Below, in pieces: positions 1 to 12,902 of a DNA stretch of 64,000 bases; position 1 is the stretch's first letter, and every line of letters begins with the position of its first letter. Origin of the DNA: Octopus sinensis (lineage: Eukaryota); NCBI RefSeq assembly GCF_006345805.1, contig NC_043013.1:1488001-1552000 (forward strand), written 5' to 3'. The notes below the pieces were generated by a model. It made no database searches and was not told where the DNA came from. It saw only the letters and a list, made by a program, of their open reading frames with translations. Both the position numbers and the translations under genes were made by a program.

Positions 1-199
1 ACCACTTGATAATCACTACTTATTTCTTTACTGTCTTGTGACTTAGCTGTTCGACAAAAGAAACCGATAGAATAAGTATCATACTTAAAAAATATGTGGG
101 GATCATATATAAAAAAATAAGGTAAAAAAAAAAGGATAAAGATTTCAATTATCTCTTCTCTTTCTCTATTCCGTGGTCAATTATTGGTGTGAATAGCAT

Positions 200-1000
200 T
201 TTTCAATCAAAATATCTCCTCGTTCCTTTAATACTTTCTTTCGGATGTTCGGATTTGAGACGATGCTACATAATATTTCAGCTTGATTGAGCGGGATATT
301 TATTCTCGTATGTTTCGGATGCCATGAATTAAAACGTTAATACTATTTAGAGTCTGTTTTTAAAATATAGTTTATATATCTAAAATGTTAATTCTTGTTG
401 GGCTCCAAGCATATTATTGTTAATATTATTCAGAAATGTTTTAAATTCGAGAAATCTATCTAAAATTTCACATAGGATAGAATAATCATATCATAATCTT
501 TTCCAGTTTTTCTTCAAATAATTGTATAAATGACTTCCATATTTTTTGTGTACAGTTTTCCTAAATTTCTATCTCGGTATATTCCACTAATAAATTTGTA
601 TACATCGGAACTAACTTGGTTCCCATTGCCTATATACTGGTTGGTCAATATATATATATATGACAAGTTGCTTTGCAGACTAAACTGAAATCCTTCAAGT
701 CGTTTTCTGGATGGACTGGTAATTCATGTCGACATGTATTAAATCAAAAATGTAATGTTTCTATTCTATATTTTTATAGGGGTAAACGACAACGAATGAA
801 ATTATTTAGGTTTTTTAATTCCCTGTACGTGGAATGTAGCAGAGCATAACCAAGTCGTCTCTTATCTATTTCTGTGTATATTTCAAATATGATTTCAGAA
901 ATATGTCTAAAAAGTTATTCAATCGATAGCTGTTACAAGATGGACCTGCCACTATTGGACTTTAAAGTCATTTGGGGGAAGACAATTTAAACAAATATGC
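200..1000 (-). mobile_element. Decayed Penelope-like retroelement, reverse transcriptase region
   Basis: Minus-strand translation across stops and frameshifts gives IVAGPSCNSYRLNNFLDIFLK (~955-900), AMGTKLVPMYTNL (~630-590) and FNSWHPKHTRINIP (~335-290), in the order of PLE RT motifs. Confidence 0.75.
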
Positions 1001-1867
1001 TTTATAAACCATACTTCAGAATAAAATATATCACCGAATGACATGAGCAATTCATATAGCGGATGTAAGTATTCGATCAGCAATTTCAATTAAACACCGT
1101 ATTGGCCGTGTTTAGAATAAGAACTTTCATTCATACAAATTTGTTTTTTGGAATAAGATCAAGAATAGCAATAAAGCTTAGACATAGTTGAATTGCTTCG
1201 AGAAAATCACAATTCAAACCGAGCAGGAAAATTGGCTTTAAAAAATTTATTCGAATTCATAATAGAAGTAGAACTACTAAGATGAAGAGTAGTCGCCAAA
1301 AAATTGATGAAGAAATATATATATAATTTTTCATGAAAGCAGATGGAGCTCTTTTTGGGAAATTATTGTAAATTAAGGAAAAAAAGAATGTAAAAATGAG
1401 AGGAAGAAAAATTATTTTCCTCCAAAGATGGGAAAAATGGACATTTAGTTTCGCAGTTACAAAGAAGAATTTCGAAAACAAAATTTTTAGTAGGATCTGT
1501 TTATGAAGAAAATTGAAGAAATATTGGGACGAATAAACTTTAAAATACTGAGCGTATTCAAAGGTAAATAAAATGTTGGATTTAACAGATATCGGACTAG
1601 ATGCAGATTTACAAATAACTCAAAGAGTAAAAAGAAAAGAAAAAATAACAATCATTATCAACAACAAAGCAATAAAAGACAAGGAATAATGGTAATTAGT
1701 TTTCTCAACGAAGAAAAACATAATAAGAAAAGAAACAAGTATGAAAATAATTATAGGAGATAAATTTCATAACTAATTACACTAGAGACAATTTTGAAAA
1801 TGATTTCGAGAGGTGACCCAATTTTGATGATGTCGACATTGAAGAGAGTAACTGTTATCCCAGTTTT

Positions 1868-2690
<823 letters not shown>

Positions 2691-2979
2691 ATTAATAAGT
2701 TTGAAAATGGAAAAATTCAATGGATATGAATTAATTTATTAATTTATCAACATTTCCTACAATTGTTTCTCTCCACACCAAATTTAAGTTACAAAACATA
2801 TATAATAAGTTTGCATTCTGTGTACCCTGGGTGGAAGATCTTCAGGGCAAAATGGACATTACAGCGTTTTCATTTTGAACAATTGAAATACTCCAACAGA
2901 CTAAGCAGCTGAAAGCATGTTTATTGTGCGTATGTGTGTATATATATGTATACACATATGCGTGTGTGTGTGTGTGTGT

Positions 2980-3125
2980 ATCCGACGGGTTTCTTTCAGT
3001 TTCCATTTACCACATCCACTCACAAAGCTTTGGTGGGCTTGAAGCTATAGGAGAAGACAGTTGTCTAAGGTGGCACGCAGTGGGATGGAACCGGGTACCA
3101 TGTGATTGGGACTCAATTTCTTTCA
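2980..3125 (-). mobile_element. tRNA-derived SINE 5' part (same family as 26015-26165 and 29985-30400)
   Basis: Reverse complement carries a B-box-like GGTTCCATCCC followed by ACTGCGTGCCACCTTAGACAACTGTCTTCT and the GGTAAATGGAAACTGAAAGAAACCCGTCG block found in the other copies. Confidence 0.7.
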
Positions 3126-3134
3126 TTTCTTTTA

Positions 3135-3450
3135 TATGTTTCAGCTCAAAGACTGTGGCCATGCTGGAGCACCACTATCATAAAAGTTGCCAGCAGGTGG
3201 CTTTGTAGAATCGAATCCCGTTCCCGTCATATATATGTACATATATATTAGTGTCAGACGGCGGGCTGCGTCCATGCTGGGGCACCACCGATAGCTTTGC
3301 TGGATTTCATTACTTGAAACCTCTTCTGATATATCGCATTTGGTGAATGAGGGAGTCTGATATTGCTGTTCTCTGTGCTTCCTGCCGCGAGGTGGGTTCA
3401 TCTGGAACTCTTGACAGAAGGCACCCGGGGGCTCCACCTTCATGGATTCA
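3135..3450 (-). mobile_element. CR1 LINE 3' fragment with duplicated terminal motif
   Basis: Translates LSRVPDEPTSRQEAQRTAISDSLIHQM, homologous to the end of ORF2 at 53330-53450; GGTGC(C/T)CCAGCATGG tail motif at ~3150-3173 and ~3270-3288. Confidence 0.8.
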
Positions 3451-4027
3451 GTATCGACTAATAAACCTATTATTAAATTTAGTCCTTTATTGATCTCTAT
3501 CAAACTGCTAAGTCGTGGAACGTGGAGCGGTTTTCAAAGGCTCAAACCTTTAAAACCGTTGCTGTTAATACACACCACCACACATATACGCATACATGTA
3601 AACATATGTATACGCACACACTCACGCACACACACATGTATACACGTGAGGGTGGGGCACCGAAAAGTTCCTGGCTTTGGATAAAAGAAAATATTGGAAG
3701 ATCAGTATATGTGTGTGTGCGTGTGTGCGGGTACGTGTGCGTGTGTGTGTATGTGTGCGCGTGTGTGTGTGTGTGTGCGTGTGTGTGTATACGCGCATAC
3801 AGATAGGCGTGATCTGTTGTAACTGACGCCACTTGAGTGAAGAAGTAATCGTTTCGATAAAGAAATTTGTAAAACTTACGTAAGTTGTTTCCCATTTACA
3901 GAAAACATGGCGAGATTCAAGAAATCTGGCAAAAAATACCGAATATAAATAACGATGGAACTCTTTGCAGAAAATAGAAACTTTATTAAGGGCAAAACAT
4001 AATATCAATGTTTGCTAATATGGCGCT

Positions 4028-4272
4028 GTATGTGTGCGTGTGCGCGTATGTATGTATGTATGTATGTATGTATGTATGTATGTATGTATGTATGTATGTA
4101 TGTATGTATGTATGTGTGTATGTATGTATGTATGTATGTATGTATGTGTGTGTGTGTATGTATGTATGTATGTATGTATGTATGTATGTGTGTATGTATG
4201 TGCGCGTATGTATGTATGTATGTATGTATGTATGTATGTATGTATGTACGTATGTATGTATGTATGTGTATG
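4028..4272. repeat. (TATG)n microsatellite
   Basis: Directly visible. Confidence 0.98.
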
Positions 4273-4995
4273 TTGATCTGTGAATTTTTTCCATCAGTTG
4301 ATGAAAAACAAAAAGAGAAAAAAAACAAACAAACAAAAGCAGAAAAGAAAAGATAAGAAATAAAGAAGTTGACGGTGTTGCAATGTTTCTCCTTGAAATA
4401 TTTGTTCTTTTGATTAGGGGCCAGCCCTCTCCCCTTCCCGCTCCACCCCCACCTTCATTTTCATCCTGTTTTTCTTGCATTATCTGTTACTATTTGGTAA
4501 AGCAAAAATATCTCGCTATTTCTTTCCTTTCTTATCAACGAGAAAGATTTTGACATTGTAGTTTTTTTCTGTTTTCTATAATGCTTTTTTTTCTAATTAT
4601 CCTTGTTTATTTTTTCTTTTCATTTACCTTTTTAATTCTCTTTATTCTTTTTTCGTTTTCTTTCTTCTTTTCATAAATATTACAACTGTTGTAAGCTGAA
4701 CAGTTTGTGTCTTTGCTTCAACAGTATAAAAGATAAAAATGAAGTCGCAGCTGGTATTGCTACGCCTTCGTTTGTTTCCTGCAAAATGTACTCCTTAAAG
4801 AGAAGCGCTTTCCTATTATATTCTGTGAAGGGACCAGAGAATGGATAAAAGGCTAAATAAATCTGAGCAAAACAATACTTTTCTGTATGAAAAGATATTA
4901 AAATCTTCCAAGAAAAAAAAAGAACCCGACATTAGAGATCGACATATGCATGTAGGTATGTATGTATATTTGTATGTATGTGGCTGTGTATATGT

Positions 4996-5059
<64 letters not shown>

Positions 5060-5364
5060 AACAACATGCAGGTAGTTAGATAGCCAGGTTGTTAGGTGTG
5101 TGGGTAGAGTAAGTAGGTAGGCTGGTTGGTCGGTCGGTTGGTCGGTTTGTGTGGAGTTAGCTGGGAAGGTTCAGAGATGAAGAGATAAATATATTTTGTA
5201 GATGAGTAAAATGTAGATAATAATATAATATATTTTAGCTTATAAATTAATAATAAATATATATATGTATACACACACATACATAGATATGTAGATGTAT
5301 GTGTGAAGATAGGTAGGCAGGTATATAAATACTTTCATACACATGTATATCTCTGTCTGTCCGT

Positions 5365-5727
<363 letters not shown>

Positions 5728-5824
5728 GCAACAGAGAACAATCAACACCATCAACTTTATATTTTAAAATGATTTGTAAATATACATGGTACGATATATA
5801 TATATATATATATATAAATATAGT

Positions 5825-5987
5825 TAGCCACTACACACATTTTTTCTCTCCTAGTTTCTCCCCTTTCTGTAGAAGAGCGTAGGCTCGAAACGTAAAAGAC
5901 TTTTTCTATTCCTGAGCGTTATACTAATACATCTGTTTGTTTTGTACACCACCTGTCTTCGTCTTTTGTTTTTTTTCGTACTCTCCC

Positions 5988-5990
<3 letters not shown>
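5825..5990 (+). repeat. Penelope-pLTR-like short repeat carrying a hammerhead-like motif (family A)
   Basis: CCTTT-CTGTAGA-A-GAGC-GTAG-GCTC-GAAAC-GTA-AAAGA at 5862-5899; homologous to 17865-18065, 19600-19880 and 52085-52290. Confidence 0.7.
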
Positions 5991-6040
<50 letters not shown>

Positions 6041-6043
<3 letters not shown>

Positions 6044-6100
6044 TGCCCCAGCATGGCCACAGCTCATGAGCTGAAACTAGAATCAATCAATCAATCAATC

Positions 6101-6102
<2 letters not shown>
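6041..6102 (+). mobile_element. Isolated CR1-type 3' tail with hairpin and (AATC)n
   Basis: GGTGCCCCAGCATGGCCACAGCTCATGAGCTGAAAC matches the CR1 terminus at 53289-53324 (reverse complement). Confidence 0.75.
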
Positions 6103-6144
<42 letters not shown>

Positions 6145-6489
6145 CTTTCCAGAAGAGATGCGTTAGGGAATTTATAAGAATCATAATATCGTAAGAGTAT
6201 GTTCCCAGTACAAAAGATGTTGGCTACTGTGTGAGGGGTGGTGGTGGAATAAGCGTTACTAGGGGGTGGGGCGAGGGACAATATTTACTATCTTATAATT
6301 GAGTATCGATTTGAAAGGTGAAGAACTTATCCAAATTTGTTTGTTGTTTATGATGCATCATCTGGTTTACACGGTTCAGTATGGGAACTGATCTCATTGT
6401 AAATTCCTCTTGTAATTTTTATGTTACGTTTACGATAAGAATCATTATCTGCAAAAAAGAAACACCTGCAAACCTTCCTCCAATAACTA

Positions 6490-6778
6490 CGTATTTCTTT
6501 ACTACCCACAAGGGGCTAAACACAGAGAGCGATGGTCGAAATACCTATTTCTTTACTACCCACAAGGGGCTAAACACAGAGAGGACAAACAAGGACAGAC
6601 AAACGGATTAAGTCGATTACATCGACCCCAGTGCGTAACTGGTACTTAATTTATCGACCCCAAAAGGATGAAAGGTAAAGTCGACCTCGGCGGAATTTGA
6701 ACTCACAACGTAACGACAGACGAAATACACCCACGCATTTCGCACGGCGTGCTAATGTTTCTGCCAGCTCACCACCGT
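6490..6778 (-). mobile_element. tRNA-derived SINE (GGCGAGCTGGCAGAAACGTTAGCAC family), tail-A type
   Basis: Reverse complement has GAGTTCAAATTCC B box, central CCTTTCATCCTTT..GGGGTCGATAAATTAAGTACCAG domain and a duplicated tail block. Confidence 0.88.
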
Positions 6779-6789
6779 AATAACTACCG

Positions 6790-7100
6790 ACTGTTTAGCA
6801 ATCATTTTTGTAGCCAATTGAAATGGCGTGTCACGATATCTTTCTGAATTTGATGTAGACTTTCTGCTCGGAGAAAACTTGTAGTGTCACGGATACAGTC
6901 TGGCCATATATTTTTCCAAGCATTAATCAAAGTTGAGGGTTTCACTTCATACCATGACTCAGCTATATTATCCACAGCATCCTTTATATTGAATTTCTTC
7001 CAGAAACTCCTCACTGTAGGTGTATAATTCCCAATCAATTACTTGATAATACGCGTTGAAGTTAGCCATCACACTTTGACACATTGCCTTGAGCAAAGAC
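6790..7100 (-). mobile_element. Tigger/pogo-like transposase fragment (C-terminal DDE region)
   Basis: QSVMANFNAYY and TVRSFWKKFNIKDAVDNIAESWYEVKPSTLINAWKNIWP are typical of Tigger/pogo transposases. Confidence 0.75.
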
Positions 7101-7248
7101 CTTGTATCCTTCGGGATGTATTCTACTCTTATATTATCAAAAAAAAAAAAAAAAAGTCACCTAAGTTCGCTGGGTGGGTCGGTTAATTACCTAAAAGAAG
7201 TTTCACCAGATTCTATAGACAATTCTCCCTTTGCATTCCTGACTTAAG

Positions 7249-7321
<73 letters not shown>

Positions 7322-7756
7322 CTGACGTCTGTTGTCGCCAGTTGGATTCCAAAGTTGGTGGGTTGACGGTGGCGATGATGTGGGCTGCATTGGTCTTGGT
7401 GTTAATGACGGTGAGTGAGCATTGTTGGTGTTGTGATGGTCATACTGTTCTTGCTAACTGAACTATTGTGGCTGTTTAGACCTAAAATCAAAGACAATTT
7501 TTAATCTACACCAAGGTACCACATCTATCTTAGTGCTCCACTAGCAAGCTCATTTGCTACGCTGCGCTGGGAAACATTTACAGAATTGATTTGCGTCTGG
7601 CTGATTTGTAAATGGCAAGTGAAGAGACATCCGAATGAATTTGCAAAGCAGAGATCAATATTTGTTGTAAGCATTTGAGGGAAATGTTGCCTTCCAGTTA
7701 GTAAATTAACACCCCAGGACTGCAGCATGTATTGTGTAGTTGATATATTTCATACG

Positions 7757-8122
7757 CGGAGGCGCAATAGCCCAGTGGTTAGGGCAGCGTACTCGCGGTC
7801 GTGGGATCGAGGTTTCGATTCCCAGACCCGGCGTTGTGGGTGTTTATTGAGCGAAAACACCCAAAGCTCAACAAAGCTCCGGCAGGGGGTGGTGGCAAAC
7901 CCTACTGTACTCTTCCACCACAACTTTCTCTCGCACTTTCTTCCTGTTTCTGTTGCACCTGTATTTCAAAGGGCCAGCCTTGTCACACTCTGTGCCACGC
8001 TGAATCTCTACGAGAACTACGTTAAGGGTACACGCTAAGCCACTTGTACTTTAATTTCACGAGCAGGGTGTTCCGTTGATCGGATCAACTGGAACCCTCG
8101 TTGGCGTAACCGACGGAGTACC
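7757..8122 (+). mobile_element. tRNA-derived SINE, full length (second family; other copy at 26323-26690)
   Basis: GGAGGCGCAATAGCCCAGTGGTTAGGGCAGCG A-box head, GGTTTCGATTCC B box, body nearly identical to 26323-26690. Confidence 0.9.
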
Positions 8123-8299
8123 ACCGATAGTTCATACATTTGACACAGTCCAAGAGCAGTTCGATTCCTTTATCTCGATTTCTTTCGGGGCGGGTTTGCC
8201 TTGTTTTCATTTATCCTGAATGCTTTCAGTTTGGTGCCGTTCTTCTTGCTGGAGAAAACTTTGCTACTGGTTATGGCAATGTGAGGTGGCTCTGTTTGT

Positions 8300-8800
8300 T
8301 AGTTCATGGGGTTGAGGACTAACTGACATTTTCTCTGCTAATTACGGGACCGCTTCTGTTGTTGCATTCCATGCTGCCCACTTCTTTTTATTTCGACCTC
8401 ATTGAAGCAAAAGTACCTCAAATGACCCTCACTGTCAAGCTTGTAGCGATTGGAATTTCTTTTCTTCACTCGTCCTGTCGTTTGTTTTTTCTTTCTGTCT
8501 CCAAGAGAGCGTACAGCTCTGGAATAACTATGGATTTAAGGGGGTCATTAAGATATGTCATCAAACCACATATTCTTCGTGACGCTACCCTCGATAACGT
8601 TTACCACAACCCCTGTTTTGTTCCACGCCAAGTATTGTGATACAAGCTTCTGGGTCGGCAGTAACGCACCAACTCAGCCTTGGGTTAACCCCTCGTCCTT
8701 CTTTCTGAATACAGTACATATGGTTCTGTAGTTTTTACCTCAGTTGATGGAGGAGATATTCTTCTATATTCGACCAAAGTTCCCCATTATTGTCTTTTGA
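8300..8800 (-). mobile_element. Possible decayed LINE ORF1 with degenerate gag knuckle
   Basis: RYKLDSEGHLRYFC has CX2CX4HX4C spacing with the first two Cys mutated (CGC for TGC at the first); many stops. Confidence 0.35.
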
Positions 8801-9129
8801 AAAGCGTGAGGAAGGCTTTGCAAAATACAGAATTATATATTCTTTTTCTCTTAGTTGGATAAGGAACTTATGTTTAGCTTGGTATACCATACTTTTTTAC
8901 ATAGCACTGACTGGTAAACGTTCGCTCCGTCAGTTAATTCATATCTTATTCCCGTCTACTACAGGCTTCATCATATCCTGGGTGAGGACGGAACTGCTTA
9001 ACTGATTATTTGAATTGAGATTTTCCACATATTACTTCACTTGCGAGACGTGTCTGTGTGGTTTATTGTCGCTGCTATTTTTCTCCGGTTTTCTCTGTTC
9101 TTCAAACGAAAACAATGTTTTATTGAATG

Positions 9130-9324
9130 GAAGAAACTTTTTCTTCGTAAATGAAAGTGTACCCCACAGCACGTGTTTACTGGTCATGCTTCAAGAACCC
9201 TGCGAAGAGTTCTTCCAGTTCCAAGCAATGCTGATCTTTGTTGATGTTCTATCTTCACACTTGCACCGATCTTTTTCAGTCATGTTGGTAGTTGAGTGCT
9301 GATACTTCCAAGTGCACCAGTTAC
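9130..9324 (-). mobile_element. R4/Dong-like RLE retrotransposon, extreme 3' end
   Basis: VTGALGSISTQLPT*LKKIGASVKIEHQQRSALLGTGRTLRRVLEA* matches the conserved C-terminus of R4-clade ORFs. Confidence 0.8.
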
Positions 9325-9332
9325 TATTATTA

Positions 9333-9765
9333 TCCTTTTCTACTCTAGGCACAAGGCCCGAAATTTTTGGGGAGGAGGCCAGTAAATTAGATCGACCCCA
9401 GTACGTAACTGGTACTTAATTTATTGACCCCGAAAGGATGAAAGGCAAAGTCGACCTCGGTGGAATTTGAACTCAGTACGTAAAGACAGACAAAATACCG
9501 CTAACCATTTCGCCCGGCGTGCTAACGTTTCTTATATCTTTATTGCTCACAAGGGGCTAAACATAGAGGGGACAAACAAGGACTGACAAACAGATTAAGA
9601 CGATTGCATAGACTCCAGTGTGTACCTGGTACTTAATTTATCGACCCCGAATAGATGAAAGGCAAAGTCGACCTCGGCGGAATTTGAACTCAGAACGTAA
9701 CGGCTGACGAAATACCGTTAAGCATTTCGGTCATGCTAACGTTTCTGCCAGCTCACCGCCTTCAA
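9333..9765 (-). mobile_element. Dimeric SINE (tail-A monomer plus tail-B monomer)
   Basis: Two tandem copies of B box plus central domain, with the same architecture as 26903-27299, 35040-35405 and 46497-46895. Confidence 0.85.
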
Positions 9766-9949
9766 CTACTATTAATAACACGTCTACTCTCTTCATTGTT
9801 TACGAGGAAACTAATAGAGATAGTAAAATTCCTAGAGTTTATTATGGAAATTCCATATTAATCTCTCTTTGTAAAAATCCACAATATTGTATTATGAAAG
9901 GTTTCAACCTTGAAACAACTATAACAGCAACAACGATGAGAATTCTTTC

Positions 9950-10150
9950 CAATTTTTGGGTGAGAACCAGCAATTTTGAGGTGAGGGGAAAATCGATTAC
10001 GTCGACCCTAGTGCTTAATTGGTACTTGATTTATCGACCCCGGAAGGACGAAAAGCAAAGTCGAGTTCGGTGGAACTTGAACTCTGAACATAATGCCAGA
10101 AGAAATGCTACTGAGTATTTTGTCCGACGCACTAACGATTCTGCCAGCCT
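9950..10150 (-). mobile_element. SINE monomer, tail-B type, older copy
   Basis: Degenerate match to the SINE central domain and B box. Confidence 0.75.
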
Positions 10151-10162
10151 TAAAAACAACGA

Positions 10163-10215
<53 letters not shown>

Positions 10216-10324
10216 ATAATAATAATAATAATAATAATATTAATAATAATAATAATATCCAGTCCGTCCGTCTAGCGCCTCATGACACTGTTGCACGGCC
10301 TGGACTCGCCTCTTTAGACGCTGA

Positions 10325-12050
10325 TCCTGTTTAATTTTGGTTTTTCTCACCGCCACAAAGTCGCTTAGAGCGGTGCTGATCGCCCTGATGTGCTTTGTGT
10401 CTGACATTTCTACGGTGACGTCGTCCGCATATGCGGGCATAGATCTTCCATATTCTAGTTCGCGCGGGATGCCTTTCAATGTATCTAGTTTCTGCAGTAT
10501 GACTCAAGGGTAAGTACATATTGAAGAGATGAGAAGGGACACACTTGAAGGACTGCGCACATGATACTGAAGATGAAACCGAAACCAGCTGCCATGAGGA
10601 CAGCCGACAATGCTGGTGGTCGACCCTGCCAAAAGCTTTCGATTTATGTAAGTTGATCAGAGCTCCACTTATGCTGGGCTCTTTACCAACCTCCTCTGCG
10701 TTGTATCACATGAGGTGGATAGATCTGTTCGGGATGTTGCATGTTTGAGTTTCCCCAAAACTACCGATGATAAGCACCAAACTCTTCAGTAAAATCTTGC
10801 CAAAATCTTTAAAATCTGTGTTCAGAAGAATTATGGGCAGAAAATTATCAATGTAGTCCACTTTTCAGGTCCCTTCTCAACACTGTTCCTCGGTTCATAG
10901 AACTGGGAATTCTTCCATTCAGCTGCTAGTAGCGGTAGATATCTGCCAAGTGGTTACCGAACAAGTCTGGTATACAAACGCGAGGCTCCTAGAGTGACTA
11001 TCCAAACCACGCGATTTGCTCTTCGTATAGGTAGTCATCGATTCCCATATTTCAGTGGCTTTTCGCAACACACCGCCTCTGTTATCGAGAATCCTACTCG
11101 AATAGCACACAGTAATCATGGCCCACCAACAGATCTAATTGTAGTTTTGTTGCTACATTGCACCTGAACCACATGGGCTCATCGAACGGTTTTCGTTCGT
11201 GTCTTAGAGCACACGCCTTAGTTCTGTTAACATAACTTTCGAACTTCTTGGCGAAGAATTGTCGAAGGGCCAACCTCGCTGCAAGTACGTCAGTCGCGAA
11301 GCCTTTCCAAAACGCCTCTTCTAAGTTTCTAGATAATTCATCTCTAATTTATTTTTCTCTAACGCTGTTTTATTTTTAAACCTTACCGATGCTATTCTAG
11401 TCGCTATTTGCAGATCGATCCACCATTTGTCATTCTGTTATTGACAATTGGCCCCTTTAATGAAGCTTTAATAATTCGCTTATCAAGTCACTGTAACCTG
11501 GCATGCAGACAAAAGACGTACTTAGCTTCTAGTAACTGGGTCTCTGTCTATGGTCGATCGTAGTCCACATCTTAAAACTGTAGATAATCTACGCTATGTC
11601 TACATACTGGCCTACAGAATACGCTATCCAGATACGATCTGAAGGAAGGAATGCAGTCCGTGTAGACAATGGTACGGGAGATTGAGTCGGTACCTATCAG
11701 ACAATTGGAAGAGTCTGAGTAGAATTGTGATGCTTTTACCTTTCTCTCCTTTCGGCTAGTCACTGACAGTTCCACAATGCCACTCTGATCTTTCTCTTTA
11801 AAATCATTAAATCTCCCTCTTTAAAATCATTATAGATACCTAAGGGAATCTGATCGTGCATCCATATCGGGCTGTAGGCAGCTTCTAGTCGGAAATTACG
11901 GTCTTCGTTGTTGGTTGCCTCCAGCAAAATCGACTTAGCTTCTGGGCCCCGACTTGTCCGACCCCCCCTCCCCACAAATGTTACTGTCACAGTCAGTAGA
12001 TTTAAAGGTACATACATCTTAGAACTGTAGAAGGTGGGCTTGAAGGCTCG
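10325..12050 (-). mobile_element. Decayed Tx1/L1-clade LINE (AP endonuclease plus RT)
   Basis: APE motifs FRLEAAYSP, LFQLSDRYRL and SYLDSVFCR (12000-11590); RT motifs IDNFLPIILLNTDFK, ETQTCNIPNRSIH, GALINL..SKAFGRVDH and AYADDVTV (10860-10400), colinear but internally deleted. Confidence 0.85.
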
Positions 12051-12189
12051 TACCTCGGAAATTCTGGTCTCACTGATAGCTACAACATTTATATTGACCT
12101 GAACTCGTTGACCAAGTAGTATTGCTCCAAGGTGACCCTAATCTCTATGCATTCATACTGCCTATTCTAAGACCATGTTATACGAAAAG

Positions 12190-12640
12190 GGGAAGTGAGA
12201 AAAATGACTAACCTTATTCCTGTGAGCTGCTTCCAAGTTTTTCTATCGATGTTCTTTTTCTTTCGCTCATCCTTTTCCCATTCAATACTTCTTATTCCAT
12301 GGCTTATTAGAGATGTTGTAATCAGTCTGCTTCCTTGTATGATGTTTTCACATTCAATTTGAAATATTAGAACCTTTTTTTCTACGAAAATAGTCTTTCA
12401 ATATTTTTGATTTTGTCACCTTCCGGTATTTATACATTTCTTCTGCGTTGAATGACTTTATATTCCCATCGTTAACGAGATCTATTCCAGTAAGTTTTAT
12501 AGATTTTCCCTGCTTCATCCCTATCCTTGCAAGTTTTTCCATTCCGAAGGTCATCCCGATATTGGTTCTAAATATTCCTACGTTTGCACCAAGAAACCCA
12601 TTTCGATCTTGAATTTGTCATAAAACTTGAAGTCAACAAT
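12190..12640 (-). mobile_element. R4-clade retrotransposon RT-thumb fragment
   Basis: NIGMTFGMEKLA..GKSIKLTGIDL..EEMYKY..ILKDYFRR..IDRKTWKQLT resembles the R4-clade IGMxFGLDKCA / YKYLG / LDRKTRK region. Confidence 0.75.
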
Positions 12641-12774
12641 AAACTAAAAATGACTCACATTTCTCCTAATTCCCCCTCCCCACGGAATACCTTTACTTAG
12701 CATTGTTTAATATAATCAACAAATGGATGAGTGAAATTGCAAGCAAGGCAGGAGATATGCTGTCCCTTAAAAGA

Positions 12775-12834
12775 TTACTACTACTACTAACAACAACAAC
12801 AACAACAACAACAACTACCACCACCACCACCACC

Positions 12835-12902
<68 letters not shown>
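12775..12902. repeat. Compound trinucleotide microsatellite (ACT)(ACA)(ACC)(ACT)
   Basis: Directly visible. Confidence 0.97.

Noticed and set aside
1150-1700. A-rich stretch next to the Penelope RT remnant as more of the same element
   Set aside because: No recognisable motif on either strand; left unannotated.
7757-7835. tRNA-like sequence (also 26323-26400 and other SINE heads)
   Set aside because: A and B boxes are present but run straight into a shared SINE body without a proper acceptor stem; these are SINE heads, not tRNA genes.
6490-10150. Regularly recurring conserved blocks that could suggest a CRISPR-like array
   Set aside because: They are dispersed SINE central domains in a eukaryotic context, with no constant spacer length and no cas genes.
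11760-12017. LKRKIRV suggesting a rearranged LINE C-terminus upstream of the endonuclease
   Set aside because: Neighbouring FRLEAAYSP and LFQLSDRYRL show the segment is colinear AP-endonuclease sequence.
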